A stretch of DNA of 64,000 bases from Candidatus Norongarragalinales archaeon (lineage in GTDB: Archaea > Micrarchaeota > Micrarchaeia > Norongarragalinales > SBBD01). The notes below the pieces were generated by a model. That model saw only the letters and a program-made list of their open reading frames with translations, made no database searches and was not told where the DNA came from. The position numbers and the translations under genes were made by a program. The DNA is taken from the NCBI GenBank assembly GCA_035288785.1, contig DATDZF010000009.1:330-64329 (forward strand), in the 5' to 3' direction. Positions 37,256 to 47,434 of the stretch are shown piece by piece; position 1 is the stretch's first letter, and each line of letters opens with the position of its first letter.

Positions 37256-38113
37256 CTACAAGCCACCGCCCTCAATTTTTTGCCTCTCGGATTCCAATTC
37301 CTTGATCGCAAGCGCCATCTCCTGCGGATTTGGGGGCCTGCCATGCCATTCATACTTGCCCTCCATGAATGAAACGCCCTTGCCAGGAACGGTATTCAGG
37401 AGGATCATCGTGAACTTGTTTGCAGCCTTGGCGGACTGCACCGCATCCAGGATCTGTTTAATGTCATTTCCATCAATTGAAATCACATTCACATTGAATG
37501 CCCTGAATTTTTCCTCAAGCGGATCAAGCGGCATCACGCTTTCCGTATTGCCGTCGATTTGGATGTAGTTTCGGTCCATGAACACGATCAGGTTGGAGAG
37601 CTTGTATTTTGCGGCGAACATCCACGCCTCCCAGGGCTGGCCCTCGTTGTGCTCGCCATCCGAGGTGAGGCAGTAAATGAAATGCTTCTTTCCCTCCATT
37701 TTCGCTGCAAGCGCCTTCCCAACTGCTTGCGAGGTACCCTGCCCGAGCGGCCCCGATGAACTTTCAATGCCTGGGAGCGCAAGATTGTGCGGATGGCCGT
37801 GGAGGCGCGTGCCCAGCTTTCGCAAGGTCATGAGTTCTTCCTTCGGGAAATACCCAGCTTCTGCCAATGCCGCGTATTGGACCGGGACCACGTGGCCGCA
37901 GGAGAGGACGAACCTATCACGGCCATCCCATTTGGGGTTTTGGGGGTCGTGGTTCATGATGTTGAAATAGAGCGCGGAAAAGAAATCTGCAAGGTCGAGT
38001 GGGCCTGCCGAATGGCCGCTTTTTGCCTCGCAAAGCATGCGCATTAGGTCCTGCCGCAGCGTATTGGCCATGAGCCGGAGCTGCAATAGGCCGGTGACCC
38101 GCTGGAATGGCAT
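37256..38113 (-). CDS. Transketolase, N-terminal (TPP-binding) subunit
   Basis: 285 aa; TPP motif GDGE...N (SDGEHNEGQPWEA). Confidence 0.8.
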   Translation of the reverse strand: MPFQRVTGLLQLRLMANTLRQDLMRMLCEAKSGHSAGPLDLADFFSALYFNIMNHDPQNPKWDGRDRFVLSCGHVVPVQYAALAEAGYFPKEELMTLRKLGTRLHGHPHNLALPGIESSSGPLGQGTSQAVGKALAAKMEGKKHFIYCLTSDGEHNEGQPWEAWMFAAKYKLSNLIVFMDRNYIQIDGNTESVMPLDPLEEKFRAFNVNVISIDGNDIKQILDAVQSAKAANKFTMILLNTVPGKGVSFMEGKYEWHGRPPNPQEMALAIKELESERQKIEGGGL

Positions 38114-38275
38114 CGTTTTCCCCTCAGAATAAGCAGTTTGATTTGGAAATCAACGTTTTTTAAGGTATTTATGCCCCAATTGATAAAAAAAGCGGGTTGG
38201 ATGCTCTGCCAGGATCATGTCCTCCCGGCGGCTTGGCAAGGGAACTGGCCATTAAAAAAATTCTAGGTAAAAACT

Positions 38276-38440
38276 ATGGGAAAGCTATTTTGCGGGAAGT
38301 GCGGCGAGGAAAGGGCTATTCCCAAATGCTGCAACAACCAGGAGATGCGCTCGCAGGCCGCAAACCTCATATGCAACTTCTGCGGGATAATCACCTACAC
38401 GCCTTACCATTGCGGGCAGAGGATGATTGTGAAGGGCTAG
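38276..38440 (+). CDS. Small zinc-ribbon protein (54 aa, MGKLFCGKCGEERAIPKCCNNQEMRSQAANLICNFCGIITYTPYHCGQRMIVKG)
   Basis: Manual translation; CxxC...CC...CxxC...HC; A-rich promoter-like stretch upstream; below the ORF-track cutoff. Confidence 0.45.
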   Translation: MGKLFCGKCGEERAIPKCCNNQEMRSQAANLICNFCGIITYTPYHCGQRMIVKG

Positions 38441-38515
38441 GCGCCGTTTAATTGCGGATGCTTAAATTGAGCGAAGGCAAATCATTCCTCAGCATTAACT
38501 AATCCCAAACTCCAC

Positions 38516-39172
38516 CTATTGCTTTTTCGCCTTCTCCCAGTCTTCCAGGAAGCGTTTGATGCCCGCATCAGTAAGAGGGTGCCTGAACATCTGCTTCAAA
38601 ACAACAAAGGGGATTGTGGCGTAGTCGGCGCCGGCTTTTGCAGCATAGGCAACATGGACCGGATTCCTGATGCTCGCGGCTAAAACATGGGTCTTGAGGT
38701 CGTGCTTCCGATAAATTTCCACGATATCCTTCACGACCTGCATGCCATTTTCCCCAATATCATCGAGCCGGCCAACAAATGGCGAGACGAGAAAAGCGCC
38801 GGCCCTTGCAGCAAGCAGGGCTTGGTTGGGAGTGAACACCAGCGTCACGTTCACGCGGATCCCTTCCTTGGAAAGGGCGGCGCATGCCCTTATCCCTTCT
38901 TCAGTCATGGGCACCTTTATCACTACATTTTTGTGCCATTGCGCATATCCTTTTCCCTCAGAAATCATCCCCTGTGCATCGCTAGCAATGACCTCCGCCG
39001 AAATCGGCCCGTCTACAAGCTTGCAAATCCCCTGAATTGCGGTCTTGAAATCTCCGCCCTCCTTTGCAATCAAGGAAGGATTGGTGGTAACGCCGGAAAT
39101 TACCCCCCAGCTGGCGGCTTCCTTTATTTCACTAAGGTTTGCAGTGTCTATCATGAGTTTCATGGCATTCAA
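38516..39172 (-). CDS. tal: Transaldolase (short fructose-6-phosphate aldolase-like type)
   Basis: 218 aa; Schiff-base Lys context (VVIKVPMT), TalC/MipB family length. Confidence 0.8.
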   Translation of the reverse strand: MNAMKLMIDTANLSEIKEAASWGVISGVTTNPSLIAKEGGDFKTAIQGICKLVDGPISAEVIASDAQGMISEGKGYAQWHKNVVIKVPMTEEGIRACAALSKEGIRVNVTLVFTPNQALLAARAGAFLVSPFVGRLDDIGENGMQVVKDIVEIYRKHDLKTHVLAASIRNPVHVAYAAKAGADYATIPFVVLKQMFRHPLTDAGIKRFLEDWEKAKKQ

Positions 39173-39572
39173 CCCATTTGTATACCCGGAGCAGACTAAA
39201 ATTACTTGCGTTTGGGTGATGCTGCCCTACATGTAGGATTTATTCGTTTGATTCGCAAATCAAACGGGGGGTTGGTCGTTTAAGCCTTAAAACGCAGCCA
39301 TAAATACTGCCAAATAAAGAAAATACCATGAAGTGCCCGATGTTCATGCAGTATTACAAGGAAATTGGCAATGGGGTTGGAAAAACGAAACGTGGCCGGA
39401 AAGGGGGGCATTTCGGGAAAGGCAAAGCCAAGGGGCTTAAACAAAGGTAACCGGAAGCGGATTGAATCTGAGCGTATGATTTAAGAGGTTTTATAAATCT
39501 TCAAGGGCTCGAATATAAGTCCTCTGATCAATACTGGTTAATATAACTCCGGAAGGAGTGGGGTAGGTTTGA

Positions 39573-40337
39573 ATGGATGAGCAGCATCATGCAAAGAATT
39601 CAAATGAAGGGATGTACGCGGTCGCGGTTGCAATGATAGTTTCCGTGATCATACTTTCCGGGGTCATGGTTTATGCAGTCAACGGGGTAAATTCAAACCT
39701 CGCTCAGATAAATACGAATATTGCCAACCTGAAAATCAACGTCAACGTTCCGCAACAGCAGCAATTGCAAGGAACGGCAACACCGGCACCCACGCAGCCA
39801 GCGCAGCAGCCGGCAGGGCCCAATTTCGACCTGAAGAACGCGCCGGTTAAGGGCAAGGATGATGCGAAAATAACGATTGTCGAGTATTCGGACTTCCAAT
39901 GCCCGTTCTGCAGCAGGTTCTACGCGCAAACGTTGCCCTCCATACTCAAGGATTGGGTTGATTCCGGCAAGGCGAAAATATATTTCAAGCACTTCCCGCT
40001 GACCAGCATCCATCCCAACGCGCAAAAGGCATCTGAAGCGACGGAATGCGCAAAGGACCAGAATAAGTTCTGGGAAATGCACGACAAGATCTTCGAAAAC
40101 CAGGCTGCGATCCAGATTGCGGACCTCAAGAAGTATGCAGCGGACCTCAAGCTGGACACGGCAAAGTTCAACAAGTGCATTGATGATGGCGAAAAGGCCG
40201 CAGCTGTGAACGCGGACCTCCAGGAGGGGTTTGCGAACGGCGTGACGGGAACGCCCTCGTTCTTCATAAATGGCCAAAGCATCGTTGGGGCGCAGCCCTA
40301 TGAGGCGTTCCAGCAGGCGCTTTCAAGCTTTGCATGA
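39573..40337 (+). CDS. DsbA-like thioredoxin-fold oxidoreductase with N-terminal membrane anchor
   Basis: 254 aa; TM anchor then Gln/Pro linker; active site CPFC; DsbA-family C-terminal region. Confidence 0.7.
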   Translation: MDEQHHAKNSNEGMYAVAVAMIVSVIILSGVMVYAVNGVNSNLAQINTNIANLKINVNVPQQQQLQGTATPAPTQPAQQPAGPNFDLKNAPVKGKDDAKITIVEYSDFQCPFCSRFYAQTLPSILKDWVDSGKAKIYFKHFPLTSIHPNAQKASEATECAKDQNKFWEMHDKIFENQAAIQIADLKKYAADLKLDTAKFNKCIDDGEKAAAVNADLQEGFANGVTGTPSFFINGQSIVGAQPYEAFQQALSSFA

Positions 40338-40346
40338 GGGCCTTAA

Positions 40347-40877
40347 GTGAGGAAAATGGATGCGCATGCCGAGATAATGGAAGCGCTCGCGCTTACCTTT
40401 CTTGAAAGGGGATATGCCCTGATCGGGATCCTTGCAGCGGCCGCAATGGCCTGCCTCTATGTTTTCCTGCCCATAACGCTAGTCCCGGGAAATTCCCTGG
40501 GTTTTTTCCTTGAAATTACGCCATGGTGGGGTCTGCTCACAATTTTCATGCTCGCGGGTCTCATGGGCATCCTTATTGCGATGCAAGCGTATGTGATAAG
40601 GAATACCAAAAGCAAGGATGCAAAGGAGATCGGGAGCGGGATTGGCGCGTTCGTTTCCAGCATCATTTCGGGGCTTTTTGCAACGGCAAGCTGCGCCGCC
40701 TGCGTGAGCGTGCTCTTTTCCTTTATGGGGACGGCCGGCATCTTTTTCCTGCTGGAGCACCGCATTGAGATCACATTATTTGGGTTCGCAATGGTCACGA
40801 TTTCCATTTACCTCACGGCAAGGCGGATCAACAACCACTGCGAGGAATGCAAAATCACAAAGCGGGCAACGGATTGA
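40347..40877 (+). CDS. Small 4-TM membrane protein with intramembrane CAAC and C-terminal CEEC motifs
   Basis: 176 aa; 9-nt gap after the DsbA-like gene (likely co-transcribed); two CxxC motifs. Confidence 0.5.
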   Translation: MRKMDAHAEIMEALALTFLERGYALIGILAAAAMACLYVFLPITLVPGNSLGFFLEITPWWGLLTIFMLAGLMGILIAMQAYVIRNTKSKDAKEIGSGIGAFVSSIISGLFATASCAACVSVLFSFMGTAGIFFLLEHRIEITLFGFAMVTISIYLTARRINNHCEECKITKRATD

Positions 40878-41098
40878 AGCAGCACGGGGCGGGCGTAGGC
40901 AAAAATCCGTTCTCCGTTCAGGGCAGGGTTTCTGCCTTCAACAATAGGTTTTTTAAGTTTGATTTGGTAGAACTAATCTCTGATAATTGGGAAACAATAG
41001 ACTTAGGTTTAGGGTTCTCATTCTCCAAGCAAAGCATGGGAAATACCAACAGGCTATGTTTCGCATTGATCGAATTTATCGAATAGGTGATTTGAAGT

Positions 41099-42754
41099 AT
41101 GGCAAATGAGGGAAAACTACAGAATCAGCAGGTATTGATCCTGCCCGAAGGCGCGCAACGGATCCTTGGAAGGGATGCACAGCGCACGAACATAGCAGTC
41201 GGGTATGCGGTCGCGCAGGCCGTGAAGAGCACCCTTGGGCCCCGCGGAATGGACAAGATGCTCGTCGATGACATGGGCGACATCGTCATCACCAATGACG
41301 GCGCGACCATCCTGCAGGAAATGAACATCGAGCACCCTGCGGGGAAGATGATGGTGGAGATTGCAAAGACGCAGGACCAGGAGGTCGGCGATGGGACCAC
41401 AACGGCAGTCGTGCTGGCGGGGGAGCTTTTGAAGAAGAGTCTGGAATTGCTAGACCAAAACATTCATGCCTCCACCATAATCACAGGATATAAGCAGGCC
41501 GCGGATAGGTCGCAAAAGCTGCTTTTGGATATTGGCGAGAACGTTACAATCAAGGACATTTCAACCCTCGAAAAGATTGGCGCCGTAGCAATGGGGAGCA
41601 AAACCATCGGCGTTGGCGCAACAAAGAACACGCTTTCAAAACTAGTTGTCCAGGCGGTTACGCAGGTTGGCGAACTGAAGGATGGCAAGATCACAATAGA
41701 CAAGGACTTCGTGAAGATCGAAAAGAAGCAGGGCGGGGATGTTGCGCAGACAACGATCATCAACGGCGTTTTGATCGACAAGGAGGTCGTGCACCCGGGA
41801 ATGCCAAAGAAAATTGAGAATGCGAAAATAGCTCTGGTCGATGCCGCTTTGGAGATCGAGAAGACGGAAACAGACGCGCGCATATCGATAACTTCGCCAA
41901 ACCAGATGACCGCGTTCCTTGAGCAGGAGGAAAAAATGCTCAGGGACATGGTGGATAAAGTCGCAAAGAGCGGCTGCAATGTGCTGTTTTGCCAGAAGGG
42001 CATTGATGATGTTGCGCAGCACTACCTTTCAAAGAAGGGCATTTTGGCAGCAAGGCGCGTGAAAAAATCAGACATGGAAAAGCTCGTTAGGGCAACTGGC
42101 GGCAGGATCACCACCACTCTTGACGACTTGGGGGAAAAGGACCTTGGGAAGGCAGGCATGGTGGAGGAGAGGAAGATTGCAGGGGAGCACATGGTTTTTG
42201 TTGAGAAGTGCAAGGAGCCAAAGTCCGTAACCATTTTCGTGCGCGGAGGTACCCAACATGTTGTAGACGAAGCTGAGCGCGCGGTTGTTGACGCGATTGG
42301 CGCAATAAGCTCTGCAATCGAGGAGGGCAAATACGTATATGGCGGCGGAAGCACCGAAATGGAGCTTGCCGGTTCTCTACGGAAGTACGCAGTTGATGTG
42401 GGCGGAAGGGAGCAGCTGGCAATCCAGGCATTTGCCGAGGCGCTAGAAGTGATCCCAAGGACGCTTGCGGAAAGCTGTGGAATGGATGCCATCGATGCGC
42501 TTGTTGACCTTCGTGCAAAGCATGTCAAGGGATCCAAGGCGCTTGGGATTGACGTGTATTCCGCTAAGGTTGGCGACATGAAATCGCTTTCTGTGATTGA
42601 ACCCCTGAAGATCAAGAAGCAGGCCATCCAATCGGCCAGTGAAGTCGTGGAGATGATCCTTAGGATCGATGACATCATTGCTGGAAGGGGCAAAGGGCAT
42701 GGGGGCGGGATGCCTCCCGGCATGGGCGGCGAAGACATGGACCATGGCCATTAA
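41099..42754 (+). CDS. ths: Thermosome subunit (group II chaperonin)
   Basis: 551 aa; ATP-binding GDGTTT motif, C-terminal GGM repeat tail. Confidence 0.9.
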   Translation: MANEGKLQNQQVLILPEGAQRILGRDAQRTNIAVGYAVAQAVKSTLGPRGMDKMLVDDMGDIVITNDGATILQEMNIEHPAGKMMVEIAKTQDQEVGDGTTTAVVLAGELLKKSLELLDQNIHASTIITGYKQAADRSQKLLLDIGENVTIKDISTLEKIGAVAMGSKTIGVGATKNTLSKLVVQAVTQVGELKDGKITIDKDFVKIEKKQGGDVAQTTIINGVLIDKEVVHPGMPKKIENAKIALVDAALEIEKTETDARISITSPNQMTAFLEQEEKMLRDMVDKVAKSGCNVLFCQKGIDDVAQHYLSKKGILAARRVKKSDMEKLVRATGGRITTTLDDLGEKDLGKAGMVEERKIAGEHMVFVEKCKEPKSVTIFVRGGTQHVVDEAERAVVDAIGAISSAIEEGKYVYGGGSTEMELAGSLRKYAVDVGGREQLAIQAFAEALEVIPRTLAESCGMDAIDALVDLRAKHVKGSKALGIDVYSAKVGDMKSLSVIEPLKIKKQAIQSASEVVEMILRIDDIIAGRGKGHGGGMPPGMGGEDMDHGH

Positions 42755-42755
42755 A

Positions 42756-42776
42756 TTTTTTATTTTTTTATTTTTC
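42756..42776 (+). terminator. Oligo-T terminator after thermosome gene
   Basis: TTTTTTATTTTTTTATTTTT immediately after the TAA stop. Confidence 0.5.
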
Positions 42777-42870
42777 CCTCTGATTCTGTTTTTTCATCTG
42801 GCTAGCTTTGCCCTTGAAAAATCAACCTTACGGTTGAGGGAAAATCAACCAAGCCAAAATATAGGGGAAA

Positions 42871-43269
42871 TTGGTTTTGGATGGCATGGACAAACTGATG
42901 CTCCTAAGCTTGCTTGGGGCCTTGCTCGGGATGCTTACAATCCTTGCGATTTCGAGGGGGATGCAGCCGCAGGAGATGAAAATAGACAGGATCACGGAGG
43001 GCGATGTTGGAAGGATTGTTGCAATCAGGGGGAGGGTGCAGGGGATATCGGATAGCAATGGCAACTATTTCTTCAGCGTTTGTTCCACAAAGTGCCTTAG
43101 GATTGCGGTTTTCGAGAACGCTGCAAAAAGGATGGCGCAGGCCTCCACAGATTTGGGGAAACTAAGGAACGGGAATATCGTCGCGCTTGAGGGCGTTGTG
43201 CGCGAGTACAAGGATGTTCTTGGAATAGAACTTCTTGACTACAAGGCGCTTAGGGTGGAAAAGAAATGA
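42871..43269 (+). CDS. Small membrane-anchored protein with possible OB-fold
   Basis: 132 aa; N-terminal TM, then beta-rich region (GRIVAIRGRVQGISDSNGNYFF). Confidence 0.35.
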   Translation: MVLDGMDKLMLLSLLGALLGMLTILAISRGMQPQEMKIDRITEGDVGRIVAIRGRVQGISDSNGNYFFSVCSTKCLRIAVFENAAKRMAQASTDLGKLRNGNIVALEGVVREYKDVLGIELLDYKALRVEKK

Positions 43270-43299
43270 CTGATTTGGGGGCGCACGGGGCCTTGGAAA

Positions 43300-44490
43300 A
43301 TGATTTTTGAGGCGGCGGCAGGCATAATGTTTGGCAGCCTTGGCGCAATCCCATTCATCCACCCGAATTTGATACTGCAAACAATGGCGGGATTTTTCCT
43401 AGGCTCATTTTCACTTGCCATTTTTGCGGTAACCCTTTCGGTTTCACATGCGTTTTTTTCGGTGGCACCCTCATTGATGGTGTTGAATGGGTTTTCAAGC
43501 GAAAAAAACGGTTCGGGCATTACTAAAATATTCAAAATTGCGCTTGGGGCGCTGGTTTTGGCAATTGCGGTCCTGCCTTTTGCCTGGTTCCTGCTTCCAT
43601 TCCTGAAATCGGCCTGGGGAGAGAGCTACAAATACATATTTCTAGCAATAATCATATCCAATTTTCTTCCGGAAAGGGGGCCAAAGGCGGCAATTGGAGG
43701 CAGTTCCATCTTTTTGCTCTCGGGAATATTCGGAACCATCACATTTTTCCGGGGGATTGTTGCCGAGCCGCTCTTTCCCATGCTTTCGGGCTTTTTTGCG
43801 GTGCCAGCATTGCTTTTAGGGAGGGAAAACGGTTGGAAAAGGGAATTTCTGGAGGTGGGAATTGGAGATGGGGTGGTGAACTTGCCAAACAGGGATTCCC
43901 CAAGCATTTTTGGGGAGGAAAAAAGCCTTGTTCTCGCGTGCGTTTTTGCCAGCGCAATATCCACCCTGTTTCCCGCAATGACTGTGGGCGTGATGCTGGG
44001 GCTCTTGATGCTGACTTTAAGGGATGACAGGGCGCTTGGGATTGCAGTACCGGCGCTCATAGTCTCGAAGGTATTTTATGATATTGTGGCTGCGGGAATA
44101 ACCGGAAACACCAGGAGCTTTGCAAGCGTCCTTGCGCTGCCGCTTATGGAAATTTACGGGAAAACGGGGCTGCTCCTGGTTGCGGGGATGGCAATGATTG
44201 CCGGCTGCATTGCTTGCGCATTTTGCCTGAAATTCGAGAGGAGATTGGAAGAATTGCAGGCAATTATTGAAACGGAAAACTTGAGGAAGGCGATTTTGGC
44301 AGGTATCCTTATGCTCGTTTTCCTCTTTGGGGGCATGGGAGGCATTCTAATTACAGCAACTTCCGCTTCCCTTGGGGTGCTGGGGCAAAAGGCCGGGGCA
44401 AGGAGGAGCTATTTGATGGGGGCGCTTCTGGTCCCGGCGCTCATATTCCAGTTTGGCTTAAGTGAAGATGTGAAAACCGCCCTGTTTTGA
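43300..44490 (+). CDS. Polytopic membrane protein, possibly DUF112/TctA-like
   Basis: 396 aa; about 10 TM helices, Gly-rich helices; family call is weak. Confidence 0.35.
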   Translation: MIFEAAAGIMFGSLGAIPFIHPNLILQTMAGFFLGSFSLAIFAVTLSVSHAFFSVAPSLMVLNGFSSEKNGSGITKIFKIALGALVLAIAVLPFAWFLLPFLKSAWGESYKYIFLAIIISNFLPERGPKAAIGGSSIFLLSGIFGTITFFRGIVAEPLFPMLSGFFAVPALLLGRENGWKREFLEVGIGDGVVNLPNRDSPSIFGEEKSLVLACVFASAISTLFPAMTVGVMLGLLMLTLRDDRALGIAVPALIVSKVFYDIVAAGITGNTRSFASVLALPLMEIYGKTGLLLVAGMAMIAGCIACAFCLKFERRLEELQAIIETENLRKAILAGILMLVFLFGGMGGILITATSASLGVLGQKAGARRSYLMGALLVPALIFQFGLSEDVKTALF

Positions 44491-44522
44491 ACAAATGGAA
44501 TCGAATTGGATCGTATTGCTCA

Positions 44523-45053
44523 CTAGTTTCCTTTTGCCCCGGGCTTAATCACATACTTGGCCTTTTTGAAATGGGACTGCGCATTGCTGGTAAGGGGAGC
44601 GCCCTTTTGGAGCTCAAGCAGGAAAATCGCAAGTGCCGCGACCTCGGAATGGGGCTGGTTTGTGATCGCAATGTTGAAATCGGCTAGTTTGTATACCTCC
44701 GGCGGCATCTTTTCGGCGCCCACAACAACTACGATGCGGCGTGTTCTTGAAAGCGCCTGAATTTGGGGCAGCTTTTCCATAAGCATATGGCCATACATGG
44801 TGAGGTGCACGATAAGCTCTTTTTTTTGCTTCCTTTTCCTGAGGAATGAGCGCCAAGAGGGCTCGTAGCCGATTTTCAGCTTCCCACCCCAGTTCTTGGC
44901 AACGGATTTGATGGTTTTAAGAATTTGGGGGTCTTCCTCACCGCCCAGGATGAGTTCATCCGCAAAAAACGCCCTTGCAACAAGGCAGCAGTGGGTGGTG
45001 ACGCGGATGTCGCGCTTCCTGCGGTGGCCCATTCGAAGGATCGTGATTTTCAT
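44523..45053 (-). CDS. trm56: tRNA (cytidine56-2'-O)-methyltransferase aTrm56 (SPOUT)
   Basis: 176 aa; N-terminal LRMGHRRKRDIRVTTHCCLVARAF motif typical of aTrm56. Confidence 0.8.
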   Translation of the reverse strand: MKITILRMGHRRKRDIRVTTHCCLVARAFFADELILGGEEDPQILKTIKSVAKNWGGKLKIGYEPSWRSFLRKRKQKKELIVHLTMYGHMLMEKLPQIQALSRTRRIVVVVGAEKMPPEVYKLADFNIAITNQPHSEVAALAIFLLELQKGAPLTSNAQSHFKKAKYVIKPGAKGN

Positions 45054-45058
45054 CGCAT

Positions 45059-45511
45059 TTACCTGGCATCTATGGAAAAGACGGTGCCCCGGATTTCGCA
45101 GGCGGTCTTGATCCGGACATTATAGGTGCCGCGCCTGTAGGGGACGAAATAGTAAAGGTTGAAGTAATTGGATTGGTCTGGCGAAGCCACTTCGCGTTTT
45201 TCCAGTTTTATGGATGAATTATCGAATGCTACCTCAACAACTCCGCATTCGGGAATGTCAAGAGGGATCCGCCTTGCCTGGTAAGTGGTGCGGTTTATGC
45301 GGTTTTCGGCAAAAACCAGCACTGGCTCGCCTAGGGTAGCCGTGCAAAGGCGCCTTGGGCAATTGGGGGTCGAACTGGAAAGGGCTAAGTAGGATGGCGG
45401 CGAGATGCTCACTTCCGGCAGGGGGGAAACCATTGGCTGGGGGGGCCTGAGTGCAGTGCAACCTTGGGAAAGAAGGATTGCAAGAAGGAAAATTGCAATA
45501 ATATGGCGCAT
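45059..45511 (-). CDS. Secreted hypothetical protein
   Basis: 150 aa; N-terminal signal peptide (MRHIIAIFLLAILLSQGC). Confidence 0.45.
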   Translation of the reverse strand: MRHIIAIFLLAILLSQGCTALRPPQPMVSPLPEVSISPPSYLALSSSTPNCPRRLCTATLGEPVLVFAENRINRTTYQARRIPLDIPECGVVEVAFDNSSIKLEKREVASPDQSNYFNLYYFVPYRRGTYNVRIKTACEIRGTVFSIDAR

Positions 45512-45845
45512 TTTAACCTAGGTGGTTGGGAAGGGGGCGAACTTAAACCTTTCAGTATAAGGAAAAAAGGATAAAAACGAACGGGTCGCCTAAGAGAATC
45601 AGCATTGGTCCCTTTCAGAACCAAAGGGCGACCAGTTCAACCCACCTTCACAGAATCCGCATCATTATGACGCAGAACCGGAATATATACCTTTGCATTA
45701 ATTTGGTCCAGCATAGCATAATGATGTGCTGGAGTAGGGAAAAATGAGTTTAAAAAGGGGTTTTTAAGGCTTCGAACCTTAGTTGTTGATGCAACACGTG
45801 ATGCAATGATTGGCAATATAAACTCCTAATTGCCATCAATCAACC

Positions 45846-46256
45846 ATGGCAAATGGGCTAGGCAAACTTGAGTCCGCAGTTGCAAGGATTGCAAGCATAC
45901 ATGGCAGGGATGTTGGCAGGCAGGAAAGGGAGCGGGCGATAATGGGCTTGTTGGATGCATCGGGATGGAAGATCTCGAATGCGCGCATGAACCTGCCAGA
46001 ACCGGTCAAGCCCAAATGGCTTGCAAAGAATATCACGGAACTTGGGCTATCGGGCAGGATAAGGGCGGAATATGTGAATTCAATTTTGGATTTGGGGCTT
46101 AGAAATGAGCATATCAGATCGTTTAGGGCCCTTGCCGAGGCTGCCGGAATAACAAAAAAAGGCCTGATGAAAATGCTGGCAATTACTGGGCATAGGGTCA
46201 AACTGCATAAAGTGTTCGGAAGGAGAAGGGCCCTTGGCGGAAAAACCCGGCCATAA
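45846..46256 (+). CDS. Hypothetical protein
   Basis: 136 aa; chosen over overlapping antisense ORF 45836..46201 because of composition. Confidence 0.3.
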   Translation: MANGLGKLESAVARIASIHGRDVGRQERERAIMGLLDASGWKISNARMNLPEPVKPKWLAKNITELGLSGRIRAEYVNSILDLGLRNEHIRSFRALAEAAGITKKGLMKMLAITGHRVKLHKVFGRRRALGGKTRP

Positions 46257-46313
46257 GGCGAAGGGCAGCAAAGGCAAGCTCCTCAAGGGGTCCTAGGTCC
46301 ATCCCAAGAACCG

Positions 46314-46490
46314 CTAACCCTTGGTCACGTTTCGAATGGAGGAAATGACTGAACCCGAATTATTGGAAATGGTGCTTCCGGAGCCGCCAAATACCTTGTC
46401 CTTCACGACAAGGAACACTATTATGACAAGGAAAATGACGGATCCGATCAGGAGGATGTATTCGATTGCGGTTTGGGCCTTCTCGTCCAT
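46314..46490 (-). CDS. Archaeal type IV pilin-like protein with class III signal peptide
   Basis: 58 aa from MDEKAQTAIEYILLIGSVIFLVIIV; prepilin peptidase motif K-A|Q followed by a hydrophobic helix. Confidence 0.7.
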   Translation of the reverse strand: MDEKAQTAIEYILLIGSVIFLVIIVFLVVKDKVFGGSGSTISNNSGSVISSIRNVTKG

Positions 46491-46549
46491 GGGAATACAA
46501 AGGCATGGCAACAATATAAGACTTTTCCATCAAACACGCAGCAATGGCC

Positions 46550-47221
46550 TCATTTCCGAAGCACCCTAACCTTCTTGTCATATCCAACTACGGCAACTGA
46601 AACGTTCCTGGAAAATATGCCGTTCGCAACAACTCCCGGTATGGAATCGAGCTCTTCTTCAAGCCTTCTGGGATTTGGGATATTCCTGAAATTTGCATCG
46701 GCAATGTAATTCCCATTGTCGGAAATCCAGGCATCGCCATTTGGCCTTCGCCGTATCTCGATCCGGGCCTTGTATTTATCCTTCAAAAGCCTTTCGACAA
46801 AGGGAAATGCGAATTTGAGGATTTCGAGGGGAACCGTGCCTTTCAGCTTCTTTGCAAGTTTGCTGCCATCCGCAATCACAATGAACTTGTCCGCGAAATA
46901 GTCTATAACCTTCTCGCGGGCATGCGCTCCTCCGCCCCCTTTTATGAGATTTAGCTTGGGGTCAATCAGATCCGCCCCGTCCACCGCCACGTCTATCCTT
47001 TTTACCTCCTCCGGCTCAATGAGGCTAAGGCCATATTGATAGGCGAGCGCCTTGGATGCAAGGGAAGTCGGGATGCATTTAAGCTCCAGGTTTTCCGCTC
47101 TGGCCTTTTCCGCAAGCAGCTTGATGAAAATAGCAGCCGTGCTTCCCGTACCAAGTCCAATTGTCTGTTTGTCGCCGATAAATTCCAGTGCGCCAGCAGC
47201 GGCATTTTCTTTTGCGCCCAT
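46550..47221 (-). CDS. rpiA: Ribose-5-phosphate isomerase A
   Basis: 223 aa from MGAKEN; motifs GLGTGST, DGADLI, KGGGGA. Confidence 0.85.
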   Translation of the reverse strand: MGAKENAAAGALEFIGDKQTIGLGTGSTAAIFIKLLAEKARAENLELKCIPTSLASKALAYQYGLSLIEPEEVKRIDVAVDGADLIDPKLNLIKGGGGAHAREKVIDYFADKFIVIADGSKLAKKLKGTVPLEILKFAFPFVERLLKDKYKARIEIRRRPNGDAWISDNGNYIADANFRNIPNPRRLEEELDSIPGVVANGIFSRNVSVAVVGYDKKVRVLRK

Positions 47222-47434
47222 AATGACCCCCATTGCCTTAAACTTTAACAAAGGGCTGCTATCGGGAAAATCAAAACGAACAAACAATATTGATTGCCTT
47301 ATGCGTTGAGGAAAAAAATAACTTTGCTCCTCACCACCACCTTAATTCCAACAGCCCTCCTGAGCTCATAATGCAGATGGGGTTTTTATTACTATTCTGC
47401 ATTGGATTTACAAACTGATTCTAGAGGTGGGGGA

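Noticed and set aside
41117-42751. Multiple 70-240-aa ORFs on both strands inside the thermosome gene
   Set aside because: All nested within the high-confidence 551-aa thermosome CDS; typical shadow ORFs of a GC-balanced gene.
45760-45790. TTCGAA T-loop-like sequence (AAGGCTTCGAACCTT), considered as a minus-strand tRNA
   Set aside because: No acceptor stem, D-arm or anticodon arm could be built around it.
45836-46201. 121-aa minus-strand ORF overlapping 45846..46256
   Set aside because: Ser/Pro/Leu-rich low-complexity composition; the plus-strand frame looks more protein-like, though neither is strongly supported.
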